From Octopus sinensis (taxonomy: Eukaryota): 64,000 bases of DNA. This document shows, one piece after another, positions 1 to 12,556 of the stretch (position 1 is its first letter; each line of letters opens with the position of its first letter). Location: positions 49,352,001 through 49,416,000 of the forward strand of contig NC_042997.1 in NCBI RefSeq assembly GCF_006345805.1, read 5' to 3'. The notes under the pieces are model-generated. The model had not been told where the DNA came from. It ran no database searches and was given only the letters and a program-made list of their open reading frames with translations. Position numbers and translations under genes: made by a program.

Positions 1-454
1 AAGTTGTCATTTTGTGTGTGACGTGTTTTTATATGAAATTGTAAATAAATCAACTTCTGTTTTACGCACCGTCATAACATCAAACTCAAGGATTCCTCAA
101 TAGTTTTTGGCACTGTACATGTTTATGCTAAACTTTTAGAAGAAGAGGGGTGACAGTGAGTTCGAAGTTTCAACTGTTGCCGCACAAGGCTAACAGACCA
201 AAATTTCGAAGTCACTTTCATCATCTCTCCTGCAAAAATTCAATTTGTGTGTGTGTGTGTGAAAATTTGACAGTCTATTCTGTGGTTCGCTCTTGGCTGG
301 GCTCTTCACGATTGTCGTAAACAGCCAAGCTAGGGCGAAACTGAGTCAACCATCAACCGTTGAATAGTTGATATATTTATCCACTCTACCTAACGTGTTT
401 AGTTCAACATCAAATAATGTACGATGTTAAAAAAGCATTGACGTAACTCTTTAC

Positions 455-1023
455 CAGTACCAGGCAGTGTCTCTCATGGCTGCTGATCTTAACCGATTGG
501 AAGTGTTATCATGTACATTGTTTTGTCTTGGTATAAAAGATGGGCTACAGCAAATATTCTGCTCAATACCACAGATTTGCTTGTCACTTGTTTGACCTTA
601 ACCAGTTGAGCATGTCCCTCAGTGGCTGACGATATGTGCATCTCTGATCACGAGCAGAAGTAGTGGGGGAGCATCATAGCCATGTGTTGAGAGGGATTCT
701 TTGGGGTTTGAATAATTCACCTCTGGAAACATGGGTGTTTCGTTCAACGTCCTTAAACAACCCTTATTCAGGGACCTTTTGCGCGGGATGGGTTACTCGA
801 TCTGAAGAAAATTCTAACTGGGCTCCACCTGCAAGGTCATGTGCTGTTTATCTTGATATGAGATCACCATGTCGCGCACATATGGTTGTGATGCATGTGC
901 CTGGTGTGCCCTTATCAGACGGGTAGTCATGATGGGTATATTGGGCTTCGTATATTTTACCCCAGTGTCACTTTGATGGCATGCTCTGCTCGCTCGCTCA
1001 ATAATAATAATAATAATAATAAT
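455..1023 (+). mobile_element. ~560 bp non-coding (AAT)n-tailed interspersed retroposon (family X)
   Basis: Near-identical reverse copy at 7205-7819 and partial copies at 52815-52955 and 54481-54697. Ends ...ctcgctc followed by (AAT)n. No tRNA head recognised. Confidence 0.8.
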
Positions 1024-1026
1024 GAC

Positions 1027-2037
1027 TGTATCCAAGCAGAGGAAAGCGGCTTAGGGTGGTATGTAAAAAATGCCGTGTAGCCATTGTTGAAACATACAAA
1101 ACGGTCGGCGTCATCAAAACTGAAAACTGTGTAATGAAAGAAAAGAAATGAATATCAAAAGTAAAAACATGGGAAGAAAATATACGGTCAGTTTGCAAGA
1201 GATGTGAATGCGAACACAGATAGAGAGGACCGGTGGCTACGGATGAGGATGAGTGACCTGAAGATAGAGATAAAAGAACTTATATGCGCAGCTCAAGAAC
1301 AAGCTTTAAGGATCATCTATGTGAAGTGCAGAACAGACAACACTACCGACAGCCTCAAATGCAGAATGTGTGGTGAGAGAGGTGAAACCGTATGGCACAT
1401 CTTTAGCGAATACCTAAAATTGGCACAACGCGAATACAAAAGACGTCATTGGGATCTCTGTGGAAATCACGGCCCACAAAGAGCAAAGATGTGGTATGAG
1501 AAAATCCCAGAAGGAGTCATCGAGAATGAGAATTGCAAAATCCTGTAGGATGCAATAATCCAGTGCGATCACCTGATCAAACATCAGAAACCGGATAGAG
1601 TTGTAGTGAATAAAAAAGAAAGAACATGCATGATAATCGACATAGCATACCTCGGTGACAACTATCAATGTGAAAGAAGAGAAAAAATAAACACCTATGA
1701 CGATTTGAAGTGGGAAATACGAAGGTTGTGGTCAATGAAGAGAGTAGATGTGATACCAATAGCAATTGGTGCACTTGGAAGTATCAGCACTCAGCTACCA
1801 GCATGGCTAAAAAAAGATTGGTGCAAGTGTGACGGTAGAACACCCAGATAAATCAGCATTGTTAGGAATTGCAAGAATTCTTCGCAGGGTTTTTGAAGTA
1901 TGACTAGTAAACAAGTGTGACCTTAGTCTGCTGGCTGTGGACGGCTGACACTATCCATCATACCCAGCAAAACAAGCTGTGAGTTTTAATCAAATAACAA
2001 CAACAACAAAAACAACAACAATAATAATAATAATAAT
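1027..2037 (+). mobile_element. 5'-truncated, decayed RLE-type (R4/Dong-like) LINE 3' fragment
   Basis: Broken frames read AAQEQAL, zinc knuckle CRMCGERGETVWHI, REYKRRH, KPD..VVNKKERTCMIIDIA (PD..D endonuclease) and VIPIAIGALG. A 3' UTR then a (CAA)n(AAT)n tail follow. Preceded by (AAT)n. Confidence 0.85.
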
Positions 2038-2434
2038 CCTTGCTACTAAAGGCACAAGGCCTGTAACTTGGTGAAAGGGGATAAGTCGATTACATCGACC
2101 CCGAGTACTCGATTGGTACTTATTTTATCGACCTCGAAAAGATGAAAGGCCAAGTCGACCTTGGCGGAATTTGAAATCAGAACGGAGCAGCGGGCAAAAT
2201 ACCTATTTCTATTTCTTTACTACCCACAAAGGGCTAAACACAGATAGGACAAACAAGGACAGGCAAAGGTATTAAGTCGATAACATCGACCCCAGAGCGT
2301 AACTGGTACTTATTTAATCGACTCCGAAAGAATGAAAGGCAAAGTCGACCTCGGCGGAATTTGAACTCAGAACGTAGCGGCGGGCGAAATACCGCTAAGC
2401 ATTTCGTCCTGCGTGCTAACGTTTCTGCCAGCTC
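2038..2434 (-). mobile_element. Dimeric tRNA-derived SINE (family A: head-core-tail1 + core-tail2)
   Basis: Head gagctggcagaaacgttagcacg, B-box-like gagttcaaattcc, and the core gtcgactttgcctttcatcctttcggggtcgataaa present twice (diverged). Confidence 0.85.
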
Positions 2435-3377
2435 AAATAATAATAATAATAATAATACACACACACACACACACACAAATTCCCTTCGTTTCTGCATCTC
2501 TGGAGAAAGAAATAACACTGAAATCCAATATTGTTTTAGGCCTCGCACATCATAGCTTGGAGAGTCTTATGCGGCTGGCGAGTCACAGTTTGGTGACCGT
2601 CGATCTAGAAGCTTCACCGCCTCTCATCTTCCTTCTCTCTCTCTCTCTCTCTCTTTCTCCCTCCCTTCCTCTCTGCCAGTAATATGGGTGTTTCCTCACA
2701 ACGATTGAGAGCACACTTTTCGTTGAATACAGCTTCAAGCTAATGATGCCGGAATATAGGGTATCGGATAATTGTGACAAAGCTCAAATATCTTTATTGG
2801 GTCAACAAGAATACAATTATAGTGACTGGCAGACATATAAAACATCAACTTGATATGACATTGAGTCACTCGAGTTGGTTGGAGAAGGAAACCAGACAAG
2901 GTTAAGACATTTAGAAACAAAAAAAAAAAAAAAAAAAGAAAAAAAGAGAGAAAATCGCATATATATGTATATATATAAATACGAAATAAAATTCAAGGTT
3001 TGATATGTGTTATTCTCTTTCATGTAGTGATCCTCATCTGCCAGCCATCATAATTGCAGTAGCGTTGAAAAGATCCATTAAAAGCCACTTCACCATTGCT
3101 GTAATCATCCGATATTCAACTCTCTGTCTGCTATTTTGAATGAGGGAAAAGGGAAAAGATAGTAGTGTGTGTGTGTGTGTGTGTGTGTGCATTTATACTT
3201 ACACACACGCACACACATACACATTTTTATGCACACACAGAGAGAAAGAGAGCGATGTATATAGATATACATATAACGTACACACACGCTGATGTACAAA
3301 TATATATATATATATGCATAAAGCCCCACCTACATAAGTACACACACAGATACATATATGCATAAATTATATATAAG

Positions 3378-3428
<51 letters not shown>

Positions 3429-3439
3429 ACATATATATA

Positions 3440-3471
<32 letters not shown>

Positions 3472-3475
<4 letters not shown>

Positions 3476-3699
3476 TTACTACCCACAAGGGGCTAAACAC
3501 AGAGGGGACAAACAAGGACAGACACACGGATTAAGTCGATTATATCGACCCCAGTGTGTAACTGGTACTTAATTTATCGACCCCGAAAGGATGAAAGGCA
3601 AAGTCGACCTCGGCGGAATTTGAACTCAGAACGTAACTGCAGATGAAATATGGCTACGCATTTCGCCCGGCGTGCTAACGTTTCTGCCAGCTCGCCGCC
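3472..3699 (-). mobile_element. SINE family A monomer
   Basis: Full head ggcggcgagctggcagaaacgttagc, core and tail1 (...ccccttgtgggtagtaaa). Confidence 0.9.
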
Positions 3700-3730
3700 A
3701 TATATATGTATATATGTGTATGTATATATA

Positions 3731-3763
<33 letters not shown>

Positions 3764-3810
3764 CATACATACATACATACATACATACATACATACACAC
3801 ATACATATGT

Positions 3811-3841
<31 letters not shown>

Positions 3842-4351
3842 ATATATATATATATGTGTGTGTGTGTTAGCAGAGTGTGTGAATGAGTGTCAATAAATAT
3901 CCGCGAGCGAGAGTGAAGTAATGAATCAAATTATGTGGGTGGGAGAGAGAGGGAAGAAAAGAACGAGACAGACAGAGAGAGAGAGAGAGAGAATATATAC
4001 GTATGTGTATACGTGGTTGTATGTGTGTTAGTTTATGTTTGTTTGTAAGTACGTGTTTTGTGTAAGCACGACGGGTAAAAGTGAAAGTTGACTGGGCGTG
4101 AATAAAATTTCAGGACCAACTGACTAAATAAATATAGGAGTGAAGGAACAAGTGTGAGTGAGTGAGTGAGTAAGTGGAGGGAGGAAGGAGGGAGTAGATA
4201 ATGAGGATGTATAAGGACACGACAATAATATGTTTAGTAATATCTATATGAAATGAGTGCGTCTCTTTGCTCCAAGTCATCAAAGGCGAAGATGAGCCAC
4301 TTTTGGTATGTCACATAAATCTTTGTAAGAAGGGTCGTTGAAACAAACATC

Positions 4352-4509
4352 GTAGGAGTGGCTGTGTGGTAAGTAGCTTGCTAACCAACCACATGGTTCC
4401 GGGTTCAGTCGCACTGCATGGCACCTTGGGCAAGTGTCTTCTACTATAGCCCCGGCCAACCAATGCCTTGTGAGTGGATTTGGTAGACGGAAACTGAAAG
4501 AAGCCTGTC

Positions 4510-4546
<37 letters not shown>

Positions 4547-4571
4547 GTGTGTGTGTGTGTGTGTGTGTGTG
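4352..4571 (+). mobile_element. SINE family B, 5' half (cut at its internal microsatellite)
   Basis: taggagtggctgtgtggtaag head, ccttgggcaagtg core, gtagacggaaactgaaagaagcctgtcg, then (TA)n(TG)n. Confidence 0.85.
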
Positions 4572-4614
4572 TAAATACATATATATAATGTATATATATA
4601 TATATATTATATAT

Positions 4615-4843
4615 ATTTATTTACTACCCACAAGGGGCTAAACACAGAGGGGACAAACAAGGACAGACACACGGATTAAGTCGATTATATCGACCCCAGT
4701 GTGTAACTGGTACTTAATTTATCGACCCCGAAAGGATGAAAGGCAAAGTCGACCTCGGCGGAATTTGAACTCAGAACGTAACTGCAGATGAAATATGGCT
4801 ACGCATTTCGCCCGCGTGCTAACGTTTCTGCCAGCTCGCCGCC
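4615..4843 (-). mobile_element. SINE family A monomer (duplicated copy)
   Basis: Near-identical to 3472-3699. Confidence 0.9.
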
Positions 4844-4861
4844 ATATATATGTATATAGTG

Positions 4862-4902
<41 letters not shown>

Positions 4903-4950
4903 TAATACATACATACATACATACATACATACATACACACATACATATGT

Positions 4951-5010
<60 letters not shown>

Positions 5011-5500
5011 TAGCAAGAGTGTGTGAATGAGTGTCAATAAATATCCGCGAGCGAGAGTGAAGTAATGAATCAAATTATGTGGGTGGGAGAGAGAGGGAAG
5101 AAAAGAACGAGACAGACAGAGAGAGAGAGAGAGAGAGAATATATACGTATGTGCATACGTGGTTGTATGTGTGTTAGTTTATGTTTGTTTGTAAGTACGT
5201 GTTTTGTGTAAGCACGACGGGTAAAAGTGAAAGTTGACTGGGCGTGAATAAAATTTCAGGACCAACTGACTAAATAAATATAGGAGTGAAGGAACAAGTG
5301 TGAGTGAGTGAGTGAGTAAGTGGAGGGAGGAAGGGAGGGAGTAGATAATGAGGGATGTATAAGGACACGACAATAATATGTTTAGTAATATCTATATGAA
5401 ATGAGTGCGTCTCTTTGCTCCAAGTCATCAAAGGCGAAGATGAGCCACTTTTGGTATGTCACATAAATCTTTGTAAGAAGGGTCGTTGAAACAAACATCG

Positions 5501-5643
5501 TAGGAGTGGCTTGCTAACCAACCACATGGTTCCGGGTTCAGTCGCACTGCATGGCACCTTGGGCAAGTGTCTTCTACTATAGCCCCGGGCCAACCAATGC
5601 CTTGTGAGTGGATTTGGTAGACGGAAACTGAAAGAAGCCTGTC

Positions 5644-5691
<48 letters not shown>

Positions 5692-5905
5692 TTGTGTGTC
5701 TGTGTTTGTCCCCCTAGCATTTCTTGGCAACCGATGCTGGTGTGTTTACGTCCCCGTCACTTAGCGGTTCGGCAAAAGAGACCGATAGAATAAGTACTGG
5801 GCTTACGAAGAATAAGTCCCGGGGTCGATTTGCTCGACTAAAGGTGGTGCTCCAGCATGGCCGCAGTCAAAATGACTGAAACAAGTAAAAGAGTAAAGAG
5901 TAAAG
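5501..5905 (+). mobile_element. SINE family B, near full length, with internal (TA)n(TG)n
   Basis: Head (short deletion), internal microsatellite and 3' tail ggtggtgctccagcatggccgcagtcaaaatgactgaaacaagtaaaagag. Confidence 0.9.
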
Positions 5906-6057
5906 TGTATGCATGCACACACAAACACACACACACGCACACACACACGCACCCGCGCGCACATACGCGCGCGAGCATATATATATTTACCCACCCACAA
6001 ACATCAGACGTATATTTATGTATGGAAGCGCTCTTGTGCGCGTGTGTTGTATGTATA

Positions 6058-6271
6058 CTCTTTTACTTGTTTCAGTCGTATGACTGTGGCCATGCAGGAG
6101 CACCACCTTTAGTCGAGCAACAAATCGACCCCAGGACTTATTCTTTGTAAGCCTAGTTCTTATTCTATCGGTCTCTTTAACCGAACCGCAAAGTGACGGG
6201 ACATAAACACACTAGCATCGGTTGTCAAGCGATGTTGGGTCGGGGACAAACACAGACACACAAGCATATAC

Positions 6272-6302
<31 letters not shown>

Positions 6303-6325
6303 CACACACACACACACACACACAC

Positions 6326-6394
<69 letters not shown>

Positions 6395-6416
6395 TGTATA
6401 TATATGTATATATATA

Positions 6417-6484
<68 letters not shown>

Positions 6485-6645
6485 CGACGGGCTTCTTTCA
6501 GTTTCTGTCTACCAAATCCACTCACAAGGCTTTGGTCGGCCCGAAGCTATTGTAGAAGACATTTGCCCAAGGTGCCACGCAGAGGGACTGAACCCAGAAC
6601 TATGTGGTTCGTAATCAAGCTACTTACTACACAGCCACTCCTACG
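6058..6645 (-). mobile_element. SINE family B, full length, expanded internal microsatellite
   Basis: Reverse complement of the 5501-5905 structure, with ~220 bp of internal (CATA)/(CA)/(TA). Confidence 0.9.
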
Positions 6646-7142
6646 CCTATGTATGTATGTATGCATGTATGTATGTATGTATATATATAATGTATATATA
6701 TATACATTTGTTATATGTGAGGTCATAGGAAACCCAATGCTAGCTTTAAGTTGCAAGCCTAATAATAATAATAATAATAATAATGATAATAATAATAATG
6801 GTAATAGTGATGGTGTTGATGATGATGATGATGATATAAAAACAAAAGTAAAAAATAAATCAAAACCAGTCAGAAAATTAATACTTTCACTTAGGAAGTA
6901 GAAAACAGAATATTAAATAGAAATGGTTTTTATTTGTCATCGGCTATCATCGTCATAATCGCTGCCGTCTTCGTCATCATTATCCTCATCCTAGTCGTCC
7001 GTTATCGTCGTCGTCGTTGTAATTAGCTGCCACCACTCTCCTTGTCCTCATCGTTGTCATCATCAGGGTCACTGTTATCGTTATTGCCATCATCGTCGCT
7101 ATCACTATGATCATCACTACCATCATCATGGTCATCATCATC

Positions 7143-7174
<32 letters not shown>

Positions 7175-7199
7175 CACCATCATCATCATCATCCCACGG

Positions 7200-7204
<5 letters not shown>

Positions 7205-7258
<54 letters not shown>

Positions 7259-7816
7259 GAGTGAGAGAGCAGTGCATGCCATTAAAGTGACATTGGGGTA
7301 GAATATACGAAGCCCAGTATACCCATCATGACTACCCGTATGATAAGGGTACACCAGGCACATACATCACAACCATCACATGCGCGATTTGGTGATCTCA
7401 TATCGAGATAAACAGCGCATGACCTTGCAGGTGGGGCCTAGTTAAGAATTTTCTTCAGGTCGAATAACCCATCCCGCTCAAAAGGTCCCTGAATAAGGGT
7501 TATTTAAGGAAGATGAACGAAACACCCATGTTTCCAGAGGTGAATTACTCAAACACCAAAGGATTCCTTTCAACACATGGCTATGATGCTTCCCCACTAC
7601 TTCTGCTCGTGATCAGAGATGCACATATCGTCAGCCACTAAGGGACATGCTCAACTGGTTAAGGTCAAACAACTGACAAGCAAATCTGTGGTATTGAGCA
7701 GAATATTTGCTGTAGCCCATCTTTTATACCAAGACAAAACCATGTACATGATAACACTTCCAATCAGTTAAGATCAGAGGCCACGAGAGCCACTGCCTGG
7801 TACTGCATCAGGGCAT

Positions 7817-7819
<3 letters not shown>
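7205..7819 (-). mobile_element. Family X (AAT)n-tailed retroposon, apparently full length
   Basis: Reverse complement of 455-1023 plus extra 5' gaaatgccctgatg. Inserted within a (CAT)n tract, with the (ATT)n tail at 7205-7258. Confidence 0.85.
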
Positions 7820-7857
<38 letters not shown>

Positions 7858-8717
7858 TATCATCATCATCAGCATCATCAGCATCATCATCATCATCATC
7901 ATTATTATCATCATCATCATCATCATCGTTGTCATTATCAATAAGCTGATTTTTATGCTCATAATTGTTATCGTCATCACCATCACCATCATCACAAGTA
8001 GCAGTACCGTTACCATCACCAGCCATCGTCATCACCATTGTCATCATCCTCGCCATCCTCCTCCCCCCCTTCTCCTCCACCTCCCCCTTCTCCTCCACCT
8101 CCACTTTTTCTTCCTCCTCTATCTATTCCTCATTATTTCCCCTCCTTCTTTTCTTCATTTTCCTGATGATCATCACCATTGCCATTGACATCAGCCGCCG
8201 GTGGACTTAGCATCTCTAAATGTTGCCCTCCTCTCATACTGTTGTTTGCTGTTGAACGATATCGTCCCTCTCTAACTTCACTCCTCTTCTGCCTTCTTCA
8301 GCCTTCTTCCTCACACATAGTTGTCTCCACCACCAGTTACGCCTCCATGTTCACAAGTATATATTCTTACATTTTGTATGTACTGTAAAACACTTTAGAT
8401 GCATATACGATAGACGTCGTATATGTATTTGTGACATCATATATGTAGAGACGTCATACAGACGTCATATGTGTACGTGATGATAGACATCGTACATGTA
8501 TTCGTTACGAGATCCTTTCAACAAATAACTTACTTTACCAATTAAACATTTGTTACTCCTGTAGTTTTTTTTTAGCCCATGTCAACTTGGTTGGCTACAA
8601 CTATGACCAAAGGCTTTCCTTCCATAACCATCTGTCCATCTTTCGGCCATTTCGTACTATTTCGGACTATATTGACGAGGAATTTACCTGCTGTTGAACG
8701 ACAGCAGTACACACACA

Positions 8718-8761
<44 letters not shown>

Positions 8762-9276
8762 CTGGGATGCCCCCAGTGGACGTTGTTGGTCAGGTACCTA
8801 CACCCGAAACAATCATTAAAATGTCAAAAGGTTTAAAATCTAGAGGAAACGGTAGAGCGCCGGTTACATCTCTTTGTGTTCCGATTTTAAGCCCTGTCAA
8901 AGAAACTGATTTTCTTTTTCCGGATCGTTAAAGTAACTACTAGACATTCAATAATATAGGCTATATTCCATCGATACTAAATAATGTACGGTTTTGTGCG
9001 AGGTTCAAGTAAGGCGGATCTATCCTCGAGCCATTTATAATTCGTATAGTATTAATGCCATGACATTGAAAAAGGCATAAACACAGCTTACTATTTTCTT
9101 TACAGAAACCACATTGTGTTTGTGCCTCAACAAAATTATTAGCTGAATACAAACAGATACCTATCTACCTAAATGTCTCTACCATGACTGTAACAGTGTA
9201 AAAAATAGTAACACGTTCTCCTCCTCTAATCCCAGAGCACCTGCAAGGATCAAGGCACCTCCAGCCTCAGCAAGTA

Positions 9277-9308
<32 letters not shown>

Positions 9309-9418
9309 TGTGTGTGTGTGTGTGTGTGGTGTGTGTGTGTGTGTGTGTGCATGCATATATATGTAATATATTTAAGTATATACATGTATATATATGTATA
9401 TACATGAATATATATATG

Positions 9419-9479
<61 letters not shown>

Positions 9480-10200
9480 CACATGTATATATATTTATAT
9501 ATATATGTATATACATGTATATATACATATATGTATACATATATACATGTATGTATATAGACATGTATATATATACACATCCCAACCCCACCATCCCAAC
9601 ACATCCCAATCCCACCCCAACCAAACCCCCACCACACATCCCACTCCCACATACCCCACCCCTACCCCCACATCCTCACCCCAAATCCACATTACACCAC
9701 ACCACATTATACCACATCACATCACCCCGCACACACTAGCACGGCCACTGCCTAGCACCCATACCATCATCCACACACTTACATACCCACACATCCACAC
9801 GCACACACTTACACACTCTCACATACACACGCACGCGCACCTTCGTTTTGGGATCACCACTACTTTATTATCTTCCCTTCTTCCTAGCTCTCCTGTCTAA
9901 CCACCCCCGTCTACTCAGCCGCCATGACTGACCGCCAGCTGCTAAAGCTTTTTTCATTCTCTCTCTGTTTATTTTCTCGTGTTCCTTTCTGTCGAAGAGC
10001 GTAGGCTCGAAACGCAAACGACTCTCACCTTCCCGGGCGTTAAATATAATACACCTGTTTGTAGTTTATACACCTGTCTTCGTCTTTTGATTTTTTGTAA
10101 ATTCCAACTATACACACACATACACATATATTAATAGTAATGGTAAGACAACAAAAGAATGAAAGAGAACTCGATATGTAAATAGAGGAATTTATTTAAT

Positions 10201-10498
10201 ATAATATGTGACAATTATTCGGTTGCCATAATAAAACTGCGCAAACGCGATTGCTATGGGCATTTTTACTCCTTTACTTTTTACTTCCTCCCCTTTGGAT
10301 TTTCCCCCTTATTTAACTGACATTCTAATAGCTCTTTTTGTCTTGATAACAGTCAATTACATAGTAATTTGCCTTCGTTTAACAGTCTTTTTCATAGCAT
10401 ATTTTAATTGCCTCGATAACTGAAGAGATGCCGGTTTCCGCCCCGACATCCGAAACTCGGAGTTTTATTATGGCAACCGAATAAATGTCACATATTAT
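10201..10498. mobile_element. Small fold-back element with hammerhead-like motif (Penelope pLTR-type remnant)
   Basis: 38-bp inverted arms 10201-10238 / 10461-10498. Motif gataa-CTGAAGA-gatgccgg..ccgacatcc-GAAAC-tcgga-GTT-ttatt at 10415-10469. Confidence 0.6.
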
Positions 10499-10518
10499 GT
10501 CACAAACATATATATCTA

Positions 10519-10596
<78 letters not shown>

Positions 10597-10597
10597 G

Positions 10598-10628
<31 letters not shown>

Positions 10629-10633
10629 CCTCC

Positions 10634-10670
<37 letters not shown>

Positions 10671-10681
10671 GATATATATAT

Positions 10682-12073
10682 GTTAGTTAGTTAGTTAGTT
10701 AGTTAGTTAATTTGGCTCAAAAGCAAATAGCAAGGCCATGTAGGGGGACATGGAGTTAAGTACAGGGTGGTGTTCATGTAAAGAGTTCAGGCCACTTGAG
10801 GTCCAGGGAGGCTTTGAACAAAGCGGTCGTCGGCATCTTCACCATCTCGTCTGGCAGCTTGTTCCACGGATCCGCAACCCGACGGAGGAGAAAGCTCCTC
10901 TCCTTCGATTGAGATGAAATCGTCGCAGGTAGAGCTTTTCGGAATGACCCCGCAGCCGACGCTCCGGAGCAGGAGTGAAGAACAGCTCTTTCGAGAGGTT
11001 ACACTTCCCGCTTATGATGTTGTGGGCGAGAATGAGATCACCACGGCGGCGGCGTTTTTCAAGAGAACAAAGGTCGAGCGTCCTCAGCCTTTCTTCGTAG
11101 GACAAAATTTTGAGACCATGAACCATGCGGGTAGCCAGCCTCTGGACTCTTTCGAGGTGCTGTATGTCTTTGAGGAGATAAGGAGAAGAGGCTTGAATCC
11201 CATACTCCAATATGGGTCTCACCAGCGTGACATAGAGTGGCAGGAATATGGCTGCTGTGAGCATTCCGAATGACCGTCGAATCAAAAACAGAATTCCGAG
11301 CGCTTTGTTGGCAGCATGGACGCACTGGGCCGAAGGCGAAAAGGAGGAATCCACGAAGATACCCAGGTCCTTTACCTGATCGTTCCTCTCCAGCAGCAGA
11401 CGACCCGGCTCGAAATCAAGTTGAGTTGCAGGAGTAGAGCCGACAGGCAGATGACAGCACTTTGACACGTTCAGACACAGGTCCCAATCGTTAGACCACT
11501 TCCAAATTTGGTGGAGGCATCGACGAAGATCCTCTATACTACCGCGAGGAGCAACCAGTTTGATATCGTCGGCAAATAGAAGGGTGTGTTGCGTGAGGTC
11601 GTCGGGCAAGTCATTTATGAAGACTAAGAACAACAAGGGTCCAAGCACTGAACCTTGAGGCACGCCACTGCTCGCACTGGAGACGTCGGACCGCGAACCA
11701 TTAACTTGAACTTGGAAGGAGCGATCTGAGAGGAAGGCACCAACCCATCGTACAATATCCGGATGGAAAAACTATATGCTTGAAGCTTGACAAGTAGTAG
11801 GCGGTGGTTTACCGAGTCAAAAGCTTTGGCAAAGTCCAATAAAACGATGTCAACAGCATCACTATCATCGAGGATGCGCGTCACAATTCTTCCATTACTA
11901 GTAAGTTGGTCAAGCATGATCTCTTCGGCACGAAGCCGTGTTGGGAATCAGTGATCGAGGCTGTGTTTAGGAGGTGGAGCATCATACTTTTCTTAAGGAT
12001 GGTTACGAACATCTTGATGATTATTGATGTAAGGGAAACCGGTCGGTAGTTAAGCGGGTCTTCGCGTCTCCCT
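10682..12073 (-). mobile_element. CR1-clade LINE, 5'-truncated RT fragment (frameshifted)
   Basis: NYRPVSLTS, QHGFVPKRSCLTNL, LDFAKAFDSVNH, PQGSVLGPLLF, LFADDIKL, RPILEY, LERVQRLATRMV..LSYEERL, RRRRGDLI. (TAAC)n 3' tail at 10682-10709. Confidence 0.92.
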
Positions 12074-12083
12074 ATATAGATAT

Positions 12084-12120
<37 letters not shown>

Positions 12121-12512
12121 TAGACACATATATATACATACATACACACAAATATAGCTATTCATGTACACACAAAGCCATACGTATATGTATGTGCGTG
12201 CATGTATGTATAAATACATACACACATTCTCTTATTCTTTTACTTGTTTCAGTCATTTGACTGTGGCCAAGAATGTATATACACATACATGAATGTATAT
12301 ACACGTTTAAAACTTCTGTTTTAACTTATATTGTCTTTTCACGTGTTATCCCCCTCCACTCTCTCTTTCTCTATCTCTCTTTCGTTGTCTCTCTCTCTCT
12401 CTCTCTTTGTATATATATATATATATATTTATATATGTGTAAGTATGTGTATGTATGTATATATATATGTTTTGTTATGTGTAGTATTGTATGTTTATGT
12501 ATATATATATAT

Positions 12513-12556
<44 letters not shown>

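Larger units (their letters stand above)
3378..5690. repeat. Tandem duplication, period ~1.14 kb
   Basis: 3424-4510 is repeated at 4572-5644 (SINE A, spacer, SINE B 5' half). Junctions lie in (TA)n(TG)n tracts. Confidence 0.9.

Noticed and set aside
7795-7819. gaaatgccctgatgcag at the family X 5' end as a hammerhead
   Set aside because: The core is CTGATGC rather than CTGATGA, and I could not build the stems.
8410-8500. Clustered gacgtca (CRE-like) motifs
   Set aside because: A degenerate short tandem repeat with no promoter context visible.
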